DNA of 64,000 nucleotides from an uncultured Candidatus Saccharibacteria bacterium (GCA_964391975.1 CAYMNZ010000002.1:12708-76707), one strand, 5' to 3'; shown: positions 45,521-55,182, counted from the first letter of the stretch. The notes: a model not told the origin generated them from the sequence alone. Numbers and translations: made by a program.

Positions 45521-47904
45521 ATACGCTCCATGGTACCCCAATTAGGGCCTAGCTTAGCCTCCGCAACGATAGGCACGTTATGCGCTTCGTCTGGAGGAAG
45601 CACGTCTTCCATGAGCGCCTTGATTCGAGGAGTGAGCTCCTTAGCGCGCTCCTCGCTCATTTCGTAGACCAATTCGTCGTGCACCTGGAGCAAAAGGTGC
45701 GCGTTCTTGTCGTTGCCTTCCTGTTCAAGGAAGTTGTCGATGCGCACCATCGCAAGCTTGATGATGTCGGACTGTGTTCCTTGGATAGGAGCATTGATGG
45801 CCATGCGCTCTGCCTGCGCGCGCACATACGGAAGCGGAGACTTCATCTCCGGAAACTGACGACGACGACCGAACAGTGTTTCGGTGTAGCCGTTCTTACG
45901 AGCAAAGCCCTTGGTTTTCTCAAGATACTCCGCAAGCGTGCTGAAGGTGTGGAAATAGTCGTCGTAGAACTGGTGCGCCTCAGCAGTCGTCGTACCGAGC
46001 GCACTTCTGAGCGAATTCACCCCCATGCCGTAGAGAATGCCGAAGTTAATTGCTTTAGCGCGTCTGCGCATTTCTGCATCCACCTTATCGGGCGCAACCT
46101 TGAAGACGGCTGCTGCTACTTCTGTATGCACATCGCGCCCGCTGCGGAAAATGTCCCCGAGCTTTTCGTCACCCGAAACAATAGCTGCAATGCGCAGTTC
46201 TATCTGCGAGTAGTCGAGTGCAACCAGTACGCAGCCTTCCGGTGCTGCGAAAGCATTTCGTATAGCGCGACCGCGTTCGCTTCTAATCGGAATGTTTTGA
46301 AGGTTCGGGTTGGCGCTCGCCATGCGGCCGGTTGAAGCACCCGTCTGTATGAAATCTGCGTGCAATCTTCCTCCCTTGTCGAGCAAGGGAGTAATCGCCT
46401 CTATATAGGTAGAGAGAATCTTCTGAATCTCACGATACTCAAGAATGTCCGCAACAATTGGGTGGAGGTCGCGTATCTTCTCAAGCTCAGACTCCCTCGT
46501 GGAGCGCTGCCCGCCCGCAGTCTTCTTCTGTCCTTTGGCAGAAAGCTCAAGTTCATCAAAGAGCACGACGCCCAGCTGCTTGGGGGAACTGATGTTGAAC
46601 TCGTGGCCTGCTGCTTTGTGGATGCGCTTCTCGATTCCCTCGAGTTCTGCTCGGTACGTCTTCTCGAGCTTCGCGAGCACCTTCTTATCGATGTAGACGC
46701 CAACTTCTTTCATCTTTGCGAGCACCGGCACGAGGGGCTTCTCAATGTTCTCGTACACCTCCCAAAGCCTGCCGGTTGCTTTGAGTTGCTTCTCGAGCTC
46801 TGCGTACGCTTCGTCAAACGAGTTGGTCTTAGTGAATGCGAGCACGTCATCAAGAGAGGGGTTGGAGAACTCAGAGTGCAGGAGCCAGAGCATCACCTTT
46901 GATTCCGCCAGGCGCTGAGCTGGAATATCGTCCTCACTCGGCTCCTCTCCCATGTCTCCCTCCTCGTCTTCATCCTCTTCGTCCCCACCAAAGAGCACCG
47001 CACGAGCGCGGCCCCGTAGCGAACGGAACCCAAGCTCATCGAAAAGCGCGAGCACCTTCTTGCCTCGGTCAGCGTGGCGTTCTGCGTCGCCAATAGCAAA
47101 CGCAATCGGGGCGTCGGTACGAATAGTCGCGAGCATCTTTGAGAACATGGCGTCTTCTTCGTGTTCTTTGAGAAGAGCGACGATTCTTGCTTTGATGCCC
47201 TTCTCAAGAAACGGCTTCTCGCTCTTCTTAAGCTTCTTGTATATCTCCTCGACGCTGCCGAAGTTGCAGATAAGGTCGGTCGCCGTCTTCTCACCAATAC
47301 CTGGAATACCTTTGATGTTGTCGGAGGGGTCGCCGCGCAGTCCCTTGTAGTCAGGAATGAGGGCTGGAGGAAACCCGAAGCGGTCCTGTACGGCCTTCTC
47401 GTCGTACATGATGGTATCGTTCAATCCTTTCTTAAGCGTGTAGACCTTCACGCGCTTACCTTCGACTAACTGGAGGCAATCCATGTCGCCGGAGGCAATG
47501 ATGACCTCTACCTCCTTATCGTCGCGAAGCATGTGGGCGATGGTGCCAAGCACATCATCGGCCTCGAAGCCCTCGCGTTCATATATAGGTATGCAAAACG
47601 CCTTGAAAACATCCCTGGAGGTCTTGAGCTGCGCGATGAGTGCATCGTCGGTCTTTGCGCGCGTTCCCTTGTAGTCGGCATACGCCTCGTGGCGTACCGT
47701 GGGCTTTGGAAGGTCGTAACAAGCAGCAACGTAATCAGGCTTCAGGTCCGCAAGGATGCGAAGCAGCATTGAAGAGAGCCCGTAGAGAGCGCCGCTCGGT
47801 TCTCCTGTGGGCGTCGTGAAGTCCGGAAGCGCGTGATACGCACGATGAATAATCGCGTGCGCGTCGAGCAGTATCAGCCGTTTGGTGTCGGTTTTCTTAG
47901 GCAT
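45517..47904 (-). CDS. polA: DNA polymerase I (5'-3' exonuclease plus polymerase domains)
   Basis: 795 aa. An N-terminal 5' nuclease domain (LILLDAHAIIHRAYHA...GIPGIGEKTA) and a C-terminal family-A polymerase domain (DYSQIELRI...QVHDELV) are present. Confidence 0.95.
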   Translation of the reverse strand: MPKKTDTKRLILLDAHAIIHRAYHALPDFTTPTGEPSGALYGLSSMLLRILADLKPDYVAACYDLPKPTVRHEAYADYKGTRAKTDDALIAQLKTSRDVFKAFCIPIYEREGFEADDVLGTIAHMLRDDKEVEVIIASGDMDCLQLVEGKRVKVYTLKKGLNDTIMYDEKAVQDRFGFPPALIPDYKGLRGDPSDNIKGIPGIGEKTATDLICNFGSVEEIYKKLKKSEKPFLEKGIKARIVALLKEHEEDAMFSKMLATIRTDAPIAFAIGDAERHADRGKKVLALFDELGFRSLRGRARAVLFGGDEEDEDEEGDMGEEPSEDDIPAQRLAESKVMLWLLHSEFSNPSLDDVLAFTKTNSFDEAYAELEKQLKATGRLWEVYENIEKPLVPVLAKMKEVGVYIDKKVLAKLEKTYRAELEGIEKRIHKAAGHEFNISSPKQLGVVLFDELELSAKGQKKTAGGQRSTRESELEKIRDLHPIVADILEYREIQKILSTYIEAITPLLDKGGRLHADFIQTGASTGRMASANPNLQNIPIRSERGRAIRNAFAAPEGCVLVALDYSQIELRIAAIVSGDEKLGDIFRSGRDVHTEVAAAVFKVAPDKVDAEMRRRAKAINFGILYGMGVNSLRSALGTTTAEAHQFYDDYFHTFSTLAEYLEKTKGFARKNGYTETLFGRRRQFPEMKSPLPYVRAQAERMAINAPIQGTQSDIIKLAMVRIDNFLEQEGNDKNAHLLLQVHDELVYEMSEERAKELTPRIKALMEDVLPPDEAHNVPIVAEAKLGPNWGTMERI

Positions 47905-48334
47905 AGGACATGAGGCGAGAACCGTCAGCCTGGGGCGCGAGCCGTATGGCGATGGCGGATGCAGGGAGCGCGCTGGCTACATTCTCCGGCCACTCAAGAA
48001 GAATCAGATTCCCCTCTTCCTTCAGTAAGGCGTCCCAGCCGAGTACCTTGAGCTCGTCCGCGCTCTCCAAGCGATACGCATCAATATGTATAAGGTGCGC
48101 AAACCCGCTCTCTTTGGGAAGCGCATACACCTTCTCGAGTACGAAGGTGGGGCTCGTCACACTCTCAGAGACTCCGTACGCTTTAGCGACCGCCTGCGTG
48201 AACGCAGTCTTCCCTGCCCCAAGCTCTCCTGAGAGGGTAACGAGTGTTGCGGCCCCTGGTGTAGGAGAAAGGCGCCCGGCAAGGGCGCGTGCTTCTAGTT
48301 GAAGGTCAGCAAGGGATGAGAGGACTTTCTCCAT
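47897..48334 (-). CDS. tsaE: tRNA threonylcarbamoyladenosine biosynthesis protein TsaE
   Basis: The start is taken at MEKVLSS (48334). The P-loop is LSGELGAGKTAFTQ and the family TsaE/YjeE. Confidence 0.7.
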   Translation of the reverse strand: MEKVLSSLADLQLEARALAGRLSPTPGAATLVTLSGELGAGKTAFTQAVAKAYGVSESVTSPTFVLEKVYALPKESGFAHLIHIDAYRLESADELKVLGWDALLKEEGNLILLEWPENVASALPASAIAIRLAPQADGSRLMSYA

Positions 48335-48380
48335 GTACCCATTGTACCAAGAGGGCCCTCGCGCGATACTATGAGGAACT

Positions 48381-50057
48381 ATGGCCGACCACACAAAGTT
48401 CGATGATGCTGGGCAAGACGCTAAGCTTGCCGCGATACGAGAGAAGGAGGAGGAGGACCTCGCGCAGGTTCTCTCGGGTCGCTATGGCCTTTCCTACACT
48501 GACCTTGGAGTCGTACCCATTGATGTGGACGCGCTACGTCTTATCCCTGAGGAGCGGGCGCGCGCCGCAGAGGTAGTGGCCTTCGCAAAGATTGCCCACC
48601 AGGTCTCGGTAGCGCTCAGAAACCCCAAGAACCCTACGCTTGAAGCAGAGCTTGCCGAGCTTGAGACACGGGGCTTCGTGCTTACGAAATTCCTCGTCTC
48701 GCCTAAAAGTCTCAAGAAAGCCTACTCCCGCTATGCGGATCTTTCGCTCGCCACCGTAAGCACGGCCGGTACATTTGATATCTCAGGAGAGGAGCTTGAG
48801 AAACTTTCGGCAGAACTCACCACACTCGGCGCGCTTAAGGACCGTCTTAGCGCAACTATTGCGGAAAAGAAGGGTGCGCAGGTGTCTAAAATCTTTGAAG
48901 AAATTCTTGCTGCTGCATTCGTGATGAAGGCATCCGACATCCATATTGAGCCTGAGGAAGATACTGCGCGCATTCGTCTGCGCCTGGACGGCATGCTGAC
49001 CGACATATTCGCCTTCGACCACCATGTGTATCGGTCGCTCAACTCCCGCATCAAGCTGCTCTCCGGTCTTAAATTGAACGTCACTGACCGAGCACAGGAC
49101 GGGCGCTTCACCGTGGTCGTCAACGGCATGGAAATCGAAATTCGCTGTTCGGTGATTCCAGGAAACTACGGCGAGTCGGTGGTGCTACGTATTCTTGATC
49201 CACGCGCCATTCAACGCACGTTGAGCGACATCGGCATCAACCCCAAATTGCTTGCACGCCTGCAGAAAGAAATCCGCCGCCCAACCGGCATGCTCCTCAA
49301 CACTGGTCCGACTGGTTCCGGTAAAACGACCAGTCTCTATACGTTCATGCGGGACATCCACTCCCCTGAAATTAAGATCGTCACCATTGAAGACCCGGTG
49401 GAATACCACATTCAGGGCATCGTGCAGACACAGGTGGGGCCCGATTACACCTTTGCCGCAGGACTCCGCTCGGTGCTGCGTCAGGACCCGGACGTCATCA
49501 TGGTGGGAGAAATCCGCGATGCGGAAGTCGCCGAGACCGCGATTCAAGCGGCACTTACCGGACACTTTGTGTTCTCAACGCTCCACACCAACAACGCTGC
49601 CGGCACCTTCCCCCGCCTCGTTGACCTTGAGGTAGACCCGAAGCTCTTTGCGTCTGCCGTTACGGTCTCGATGGCTCAAAGACTTGTACGCACCCTTGAT
49701 GACACCACGAAGAAGTCGCGCCCAGCGACCGCTGAAGAGAAGCGCATGATGGAGACGGTCCTTTCTACTCTTACAGACAAAACACTCATCCCTCCTTCTA
49801 TGGATACGGTATGGGTCGCTGTTCCTGGCGAAGATGGTTCCACCGGCTACAAGGGCCGCATGGGCATCCACGAAGCAATCTTCATGGACGATGAGCTCGG
49901 CGAGTTCCTCCGCGACAATCCGTCCGAAAGCGATATTGCCAAACACGTACTGCGCCAGGGCTTCCCCACACTTACACAAGACGGCATCATCAAAGTGCTC
50001 CAAGGAAAGACATCGATTGAAGAACTCGCACGTGTCGTTGACCTTCCGCTCGGGTAA
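48381..50057 (+). CDS. pilB: type IV pilus assembly / type II secretion ATPase (PilB/GspE family)
   Basis: 558 aa. Walker A (GPTGSGKTTS), Asp box, Walker B (DPDVIMVGEIRD) and His box (GHFVFSTLHTNNA) are present. Confidence 0.9.
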   Translation: MADHTKFDDAGQDAKLAAIREKEEEDLAQVLSGRYGLSYTDLGVVPIDVDALRLIPEERARAAEVVAFAKIAHQVSVALRNPKNPTLEAELAELETRGFVLTKFLVSPKSLKKAYSRYADLSLATVSTAGTFDISGEELEKLSAELTTLGALKDRLSATIAEKKGAQVSKIFEEILAAAFVMKASDIHIEPEEDTARIRLRLDGMLTDIFAFDHHVYRSLNSRIKLLSGLKLNVTDRAQDGRFTVVVNGMEIEIRCSVIPGNYGESVVLRILDPRAIQRTLSDIGINPKLLARLQKEIRRPTGMLLNTGPTGSGKTTSLYTFMRDIHSPEIKIVTIEDPVEYHIQGIVQTQVGPDYTFAAGLRSVLRQDPDVIMVGEIRDAEVAETAIQAALTGHFVFSTLHTNNAAGTFPRLVDLEVDPKLFASAVTVSMAQRLVRTLDDTTKKSRPATAEEKRMMETVLSTLTDKTLIPPSMDTVWVAVPGEDGSTGYKGRMGIHEAIFMDDELGEFLRDNPSESDIAKHVLRQGFPTLTQDGIIKVLQGKTSIEELARVVDLPLG

Positions 50058-50073
50058 AGGTAGCACTACTGCA

Positions 50074-50793
50074 ATGGAAAACGGGCCGGAGACAGTTGCG
50101 GCAGCGAAAAAAATAGGCGAGGAATCGCAGAAGGAGGATTTTCCATACCTTATAGACCCCGAGGAAGTGTTCGGACTTAAGATTGAAATACATGAGGGGG
50201 TATTCTCTCCAAAATACGCTAAAGCATATTCGTTCTTCACTCCCCATCTTCCGAATCTTGTCGGCAAACAAGCTCTCGAAATTGGGTCCGGACACGGAGT
50301 AACTTCCTGTTATCTTGCCCGTTCCGCAGATTTCGTACTTGCTACTGATATAAATGGAGCCGCGGTAGAGAATACGAAGGTGAACGCGGCGCTTAACGGG
50401 CTGAAAAACATAGAGGCACGACAAAGTAATGTCTATTCGGGCATTAGACCTGAGGAGAAATTCGACCTCATTTATTGGAATACCCCCTGGGTGAAGGTGC
50501 CGAAAGAGTTCGAGGCACAGATGTCTGCCGCAGATTACGGAGTGTTCGACCCTGGGTACGAATCAATCTCTCAATTCATCCTTGAAGGACCGAGGCACCT
50601 GACCCCGGGAGGATCCCTATATATGGGCTTCGGGGACCACGGCGCCGATACAGAACTAATCGAGAAGCTAATCCTTCAGGCCAATCTGAAGAAGGAAACG
50701 GTGGCCGACACGACGTATGCACCTCCAGAAACGGGTCCGGAATCTGCGGCGCCCCCGTATACGCTACGGTTATATAAGCTGACTCCTGTATAA
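50074..50793 (+). CDS. class I SAM-dependent methyltransferase (small-domain, N6-adenine/Gln-methyltransferase-like)
   Basis: 239 aa from the ATG at 50074. SAM-binding motif LEIGSGHG and a (D/N)PP(Y/W)-like motif DLIYWNTPW. It lies directly downstream of pilB. Confidence 0.65.
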   Translation: MENGPETVAAAKKIGEESQKEDFPYLIDPEEVFGLKIEIHEGVFSPKYAKAYSFFTPHLPNLVGKQALEIGSGHGVTSCYLARSADFVLATDINGAAVENTKVNAALNGLKNIEARQSNVYSGIRPEEKFDLIYWNTPWVKVPKEFEAQMSAADYGVFDPGYESISQFILEGPRHLTPGGSLYMGFGDHGADTELIEKLILQANLKKETVADTTYAPPETGPESAAPPYTLRLYKLTPV

Positions 50794-50796
50794 AGA

Positions 50797-50826
50797 AAAA
50801 CACGCTTCTAGAAAGCGTGTTGTGTT
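50797..50826 (+). terminator. putative rho-independent terminator
   Basis: aaaaACACGCTTctagAAAGCGTGTtgtgtt. Confidence 0.55.
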
Positions 50827-51048
50827 GGGAGATTCTGCGCATTACCCTCCAGGCTGAACGAAACGCCTGAGGATGACATCAGCACTTCCGCAATGAAGCG
50901 GACACCAATGCGTCCTTGGGGAGTCGCCCTAAGCCGTCAGACCTTTGCCTAGAGGGTGATGCGCACAATCAATTGCAAAGAAAAAGAACCCGAAGGTTCT
51001 GACCTCTCCGAACTGAGGTATAATGGGATACTAGCATACCCTGTTTTT

Positions 51049-52041
51049 ATGTCAAGTACCCCCCTAGAACCCAAGAAAGAGGAGGTCCTGCGCGATCAAG
51101 CGCTTGATGCGGCGCTACGGCCCACTATTTGGGACGAATATGTGGGCCAGGGACACGTCAAAGCCAACGTCAAAGTGGTACTTGAAGCAGCTAAGAAGCG
51201 CGGTGACATGCCCGAGCACCTTCTCTTCTATGGTCCTCCGGGAGTTGGTAAGACGACGCTTGCTCACTTGGTTGCCGCGACACTTGAACGCCCAATTCGA
51301 AGCACCTCCGGTGTCGCAATTGAGCGCGCGGGTGACCTTGCTGCCATTCTCACGAACCTGGAACCCAACTCCATCCTCTTTATAGATGAGATTCATCAGC
51401 TTGGAAGCAAAGTGGAGGAGCTTTTGTACCCTGCCCTTGAGTCCGGCACGCTCGACATCGTGCTCGGCAAAGGACCATCCGCTCGCACAGTTGAACTTTC
51501 ACTCCCCCGCTTCACCTTGGTGGGTGCGACGACCAAGGTCTCACACATTTCAGGTCCGCTGCGTTCTCGTTTTGGTGGAGGAGTCTACCAACTCGACTTT
51601 TATTCTGATGAGGACCTCCGCTCCATTGTGAAGCGCTCCATTCGCATGCTTGGACTTAAAGCTCCGGACAATGTGATTGAACAGATTGCGGGACGCAGCC
51701 GTGCCACACCGCGCGTTGCTAATGCTCTATTGAAGCGCGTGCGTGATTACGCCGAGGTTGCCGAGAAAGACATCACCACTGAGGTTTGTGACCTCGCCTG
51801 CCAAATGTTCGGCATCGACACGCTTGGCCTTACCAAGGACGACCGTCGATACCTCGAGACGTTGGAGAAAGGATTCAGAGGAGGCCCAGCCGGTATTCGT
51901 GCGCTCGCCTCTGCGCTCCACGAGGATCCGGACACGCTTGAGAACGTGTACGAGCCATTCCTGCTTCGACTTGGGTTTGTTGAGCGCTCTTCGAGAGGGC
52001 GTGTGCTTACGGAGAAGGGGCGAGCGTACTTAGCGGCTTAG
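51049..52041 (+). CDS. ruvB: Holliday junction branch-migration ATPase RuvB
   Basis: 330 aa from the ATG at 51049. Walker A (GPPGVGKTTLA), sensor motifs and a C-terminal winged helix are present. A TATAAT-like box lies about 25 nt upstream. Confidence 0.95.
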   Translation: MSSTPLEPKKEEVLRDQALDAALRPTIWDEYVGQGHVKANVKVVLEAAKKRGDMPEHLLFYGPPGVGKTTLAHLVAATLERPIRSTSGVAIERAGDLAAILTNLEPNSILFIDEIHQLGSKVEELLYPALESGTLDIVLGKGPSARTVELSLPRFTLVGATTKVSHISGPLRSRFGGGVYQLDFYSDEDLRSIVKRSIRMLGLKAPDNVIEQIAGRSRATPRVANALLKRVRDYAEVAEKDITTEVCDLACQMFGIDTLGLTKDDRRYLETLEKGFRGGPAGIRALASALHEDPDTLENVYEPFLLRLGFVERSSRGRVLTEKGRAYLAA

Positions 52042-52593
52042 CACTTTGTTTATAAGTGCGATTCGTTCTTCCAAAGAGACGGGTGGGATACGAATAGGTT
52101 CATAGCCGTCAGCTAGATACTGTTGGTGTGCGAGTTCAGTAAGCTTCAGGGAATCCTCGTGGGTGAACGTACGTCCCGTGTCCCCCCGACCGTCAAACTC
52201 GGGAAGGGTGTCGCAGATGAGTACGAGGTCGTACCGGTTCTCCTTTGCGTGCCGAAGTGCGCGTTCGGTAGGAACGACCCCCACATACCGTTCCATCACG
52301 ATGGTGTCCTGGATGCCTCTGTCGAGGAAGAGAAAATCTGCATCAGTGGATGCTGCAGCTTCGTTGGCAATCTGCGCGTCCTCAATCATCTCGAAGAATT
52401 CTTGTGCGTTCGTCTTGCGCCATGCACGATATTCTTCAAGCCCCATCTCGTCCTTGAGTCGCGTCATAATCGGAATTGCCGCTTCCGCAACAACAGGATA
52501 CCCCGCATCACGGTAGTGCTCGATGAGCGTCGTTTTACCGCAATGCGTACCGCCAGCGATAACTATTTTTTTCATGAGCGTGAGATGGTCCAC
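52030..52593 (-). CDS. P-loop NTPase, AAA_28/NadR-kinase-like
   Basis: 187 aa. The Walker A is IAGGTHCGKTTL. It has the size and profile of small nucleoside/nucleotide kinase-like ATPases. Confidence 0.55.
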   Translation of the reverse strand: MDHLTLMKKIVIAGGTHCGKTTLIEHYRDAGYPVVAEAAIPIMTRLKDEMGLEEYRAWRKTNAQEFFEMIEDAQIANEAAASTDADFLFLDRGIQDTIVMERYVGVVPTERALRHAKENRYDLVLICDTLPEFDGRGDTGRTFTHEDSLKLTELAHQQYLADGYEPIRIPPVSLEERIALINKVLSR

Positions 52594-53123
52594 TTCTCTC
52601 GAACGAGCGCAACGAGCTTGCTAGCTGATTCTTCAAATGTCCCCTCGTTCTCAAAAACGATATCAGCGTCTTCAATATCTTCAAACTTCTGTTTGAAAAT
52701 TTCATAGGTACCTATGGGGTCTTTAAGCAGATGCCCTTCACGAATGCGGGTCAGGCGCTCTTTTATGGCAGCGTCGGGAGTCTTTACCCAAACAGTCATA
52801 TACCCACCGAAGTGGGTACGAGCAGTATCAAACAGCATGTCGCGCAACGATTTCTTGTACAGCATTTCGTCCACGATGAAATGCTCTTGGGCGGCGGCGA
52901 GTGCCTTGAGTCGCCGTGCAGCTTCTTCGTACACCTTGATGTGAACCTCTTCTGACAAGGGAATGTTGTTATCAAGCTTATGCATGAAATCCGGATCGAG
53001 CGAGGGGTAGAGCTCTCGTTTAATTTCGTCAATTTCAAAACGCGGTATGTCGAGCGCTTCGGACACTACCTTTGAGAGAGACGACTTCCCTGCTCCTGGA
53101 AGACCTGCAAGAAAGAGAATCAT
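52572..53123 (-). CDS. P-loop kinase (AAA_33-like)
   Basis: 183 aa. The Walker A is LAGLPGAGKSSLS. There is a 22-nt overlap with the downstream gene. Confidence 0.55.
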   Translation of the reverse strand: MILFLAGLPGAGKSSLSKVVSEALDIPRFEIDEIKRELYPSLDPDFMHKLDNNIPLSEEVHIKVYEEAARRLKALAAAQEHFIVDEMLYKKSLRDMLFDTARTHFGGYMTVWVKTPDAAIKERLTRIREGHLLKDPIGTYEIFKQKFEDIEDADIVFENEGTFEESASKLVALVREKWTISRS

Positions 53124-53920
53124 GTCTGCTTTGATTTTGTCCGATATCCTGCGGCGAGTTCGTGAACTGTGTCCATACGTAGAGCGTGTCGTTCGCCATC
53201 AAACTCTACAGCAATGCTAGTCTCTCCCTTGTCGTTCGTCTTCACCAGTATCTTGACGTCATCAAGGTAGCGGATAGAGCCCTTCGTTTTGAGAACCGCC
53301 TCACCATTTTCAACCGCGTATTTTATAAACGCTGCCAGCATGAACTCGTGCGTAACGTTTGAGAAATCTACCTTCGAGCCATCTTTGAGACGTTTAGCCA
53401 TCTCAATCTGTCTCAATATATGGGACGCCACACCGGCGGCCACCTCTTTTGGAGCGGTGGTTTCTGAATCTGGTTGGTTCTCCCCGAACGCGAGCCACTC
53501 TTGCATGGTCTGAATTTCTGCTTCGTGCACTTTCTGCCATCGAATCTCTTCAGGTTGTTTGTGCGCCTCCTGAAGACGTTTGCGCAGGACGTCTCTGAAA
53601 AACGGCGAAAAGTCTGCTGTTGGCGTCTGCAGTGCACTTATGGAAAGTTCCGACCGCACGCGTGACTTCATGTGCCTTTTGGACGGTGTTCCTGCTTCAA
53701 GCGCCTCTCGCGTGCTCACCACCCTCGGGGCAGCGCTGGTATACCCCTTAACCGTGTCCGAAAAACCGAAGCCGGGCGCAGCTGCCTTCGCCTCTTCATA
53801 CCCACGTGCGCTCAGGCTCCCGTCGTCCGCTTTCTCGCCGTGCCGAACAAGGTGAATGGTTATTTCGACATTCCTCCCCTTCTCGGGCGAAACAGGGCGT
53901 TCCGCATTGCTCATGAGCAA
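53120..53920 (-). CDS. histidine phosphatase family protein (PGAM-like)
   Basis: 266 aa. RHG motif (IHLVRHGEKADDGS) and a C-terminal catalytic His region (THEFMLAAF). It is the first gene of a 3-gene overlapping operon. Confidence 0.65.
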   Translation of the reverse strand: MLMSNAERPVSPEKGRNVEITIHLVRHGEKADDGSLSARGYEEAKAAAPGFGFSDTVKGYTSAAPRVVSTREALEAGTPSKRHMKSRVRSELSISALQTPTADFSPFFRDVLRKRLQEAHKQPEEIRWQKVHEAEIQTMQEWLAFGENQPDSETTAPKEVAAGVASHILRQIEMAKRLKDGSKVDFSNVTHEFMLAAFIKYAVENGEAVLKTKGSIRYLDDVKILVKTNDKGETSIAVEFDGERHALRMDTVHELAAGYRTKSKQT

Positions 53921-53953
53921 ACAATATCATGGTCCCTTTGGTATAGTGGCCTC

Positions 53954-54511
53954 ATGTCAGGGCACTCTAAGTGGTCTCAAATAAAGCGCCAGAAGGGGGT
54001 GACGGACGCTGCCCGCTCTCGCGTCTTCTCTCGTTTCGCACGCGAGCTCGCGCTTGAGTCTAAGAAAGCTGGAGGGAATGTGTCCTCTCCGGGTCTCGCA
54101 GCTGTCATTACTCGTGCCAAGGCAGCCAACATGCCCAAGGACAACATCGACCGCGCGATTACCAAGGGTGCATCCAAGGATTCCAGCGAACTCGAGCAGG
54201 TCGCCTACGAGTTCTACGGCCCTGGCGGCATCGCCATCATTGCGAGCGCCGTTACCGACAGCAAGAACCGCACCACGCAGGAGATAAAGCATTTACTTTC
54301 AAAGAATGGGTACGAGCTCGGCACACCAGGAAGTGCGTCGTGGGCATTTACCAAGAGTCCTGACGGTCGCTACGCCGCGAACGATCCGAAGATGCCTGTT
54401 GCAGAAGGAGAGGAAGGAAAACTTGAAGAGATACTCACGCTCCTTGATGACCAGGAAGATGTGCAGGAGGTGTTCACTAACGCCGAGGGCTATGAGAATA
54501 CTGGCGATTGA
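53954..54511 (+). CDS. yebC: YebC/PmpR family DNA-binding protein (short form)
   Basis: 185 aa from the ATG at 53954. MSGHSKWSQIKRQKGVTDAARSRVFSRFAREL is the YebC N-terminal signature. It lies upstream of ruvC. Confidence 0.8.
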   Translation: MSGHSKWSQIKRQKGVTDAARSRVFSRFARELALESKKAGGNVSSPGLAAVITRAKAANMPKDNIDRAITKGASKDSSELEQVAYEFYGPGGIAIIASAVTDSKNRTTQEIKHLLSKNGYELGTPGSASWAFTKSPDGRYAANDPKMPVAEGEEGKLEEILTLLDDQEDVQEVFTNAEGYENTGD

Positions 54512-54965
54512 CCCGGGCTACGACCGCCTTGGTATCGCTGTCGTTGAAGGAACGGGCAATAAGCCCGTGCTCGTCTGGAGTGACTGCCTTATTCCTGCCA
54601 AAGGTGCGCACCATGACCGTCTTTCTGAGGTACGCATGGCGGTGGAAGAAGCGCTCGCCAAATACCAGCCAGACATGCTCGCCATTGAGAAGCTCTTCTT
54701 TAGCGTAAACAAGTCGAGCGCCATGGGAGTGGCTGAGGCGCGCGGCGCGGTGCTGGCTGCTATCGGCAGGACCGGGGTGCCTGTACAGGAGTTCGCTCCG
54801 GGGACCATAAAGCTTGCGGTTACCGGCAATGGAGCGGCGGACAAAGCGGCAATAGCCAAGATGCTGCCCCTCCTTATAACGCTTCCGGAGAAGAAGCGGC
54901 TGGACGATGAGCTTGATGCCATCGCCATAGGTATAACGGCTCTTTCGGTCGGTTTTCCCCACTAG
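54492..54965 (+). CDS. ruvC: crossover junction endodeoxyribonuclease RuvC
   Basis: 157 aa. MRILAIDPGYDRLGIAVVE and catalytic acidic residues (DAIAIGITA) are present. There is a 20-nt overlap with yebC. Confidence 0.9.
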   Translation: MRILAIDPGYDRLGIAVVEGTGNKPVLVWSDCLIPAKGAHHDRLSEVRMAVEEALAKYQPDMLAIEKLFFSVNKSSAMGVAEARGAVLAAIGRTGVPVQEFAPGTIKLAVTGNGAADKAAIAKMLPLLITLPEKKRLDDELDAIAIGITALSVGFPH

Positions 54966-55052
54966 AGGTTGTCCCCCGTTGCAAAGGAGCGGAAGTCTGG
55001 TCAAATAGAGGCACTCCCGGCATACGGGGCCTTGAAAAAGTAACTTTTGCAC

Positions 55053-55172
55053 ATGGACGACGATGCAATGAAAGATGACGACGTGCTCGACCTCGATGAC
55101 GACATGGATGAGGATGAGGACGGCGAAGAGACCGCAGACGAAGAAACTGAAGAAGAAAAGGAAGCCTACTAA
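55053..55172 (+). CDS. putative small highly acidic peptide (39 aa)
   Basis: The ATG at 55053 encodes MDDDAMKDDDVLDLDDDMDEDEDGEETADEETEEEKEAY*. It is followed immediately by a strong terminator. It is not in the ORF track because it is shorter than 60 aa. Confidence 0.3.
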   Translation: MDDDAMKDDDVLDLDDDMDEDEDGEETADEETEEEKEAY

Positions 55173-55182
55173 GGCTCTCTCG

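Noticed and set aside
53120-53123. Possibility that the histidine phosphatase and the adjacent AAA_33 kinase form one fused PFK-2/FBPase-2-like gene.
   Set aside because: The gene order is phosphatase first, then kinase, opposite to PFK-2/FBPase-2. The frames are distinct with a stop codon between them. They are kept as separate genes, and only the association is noted.
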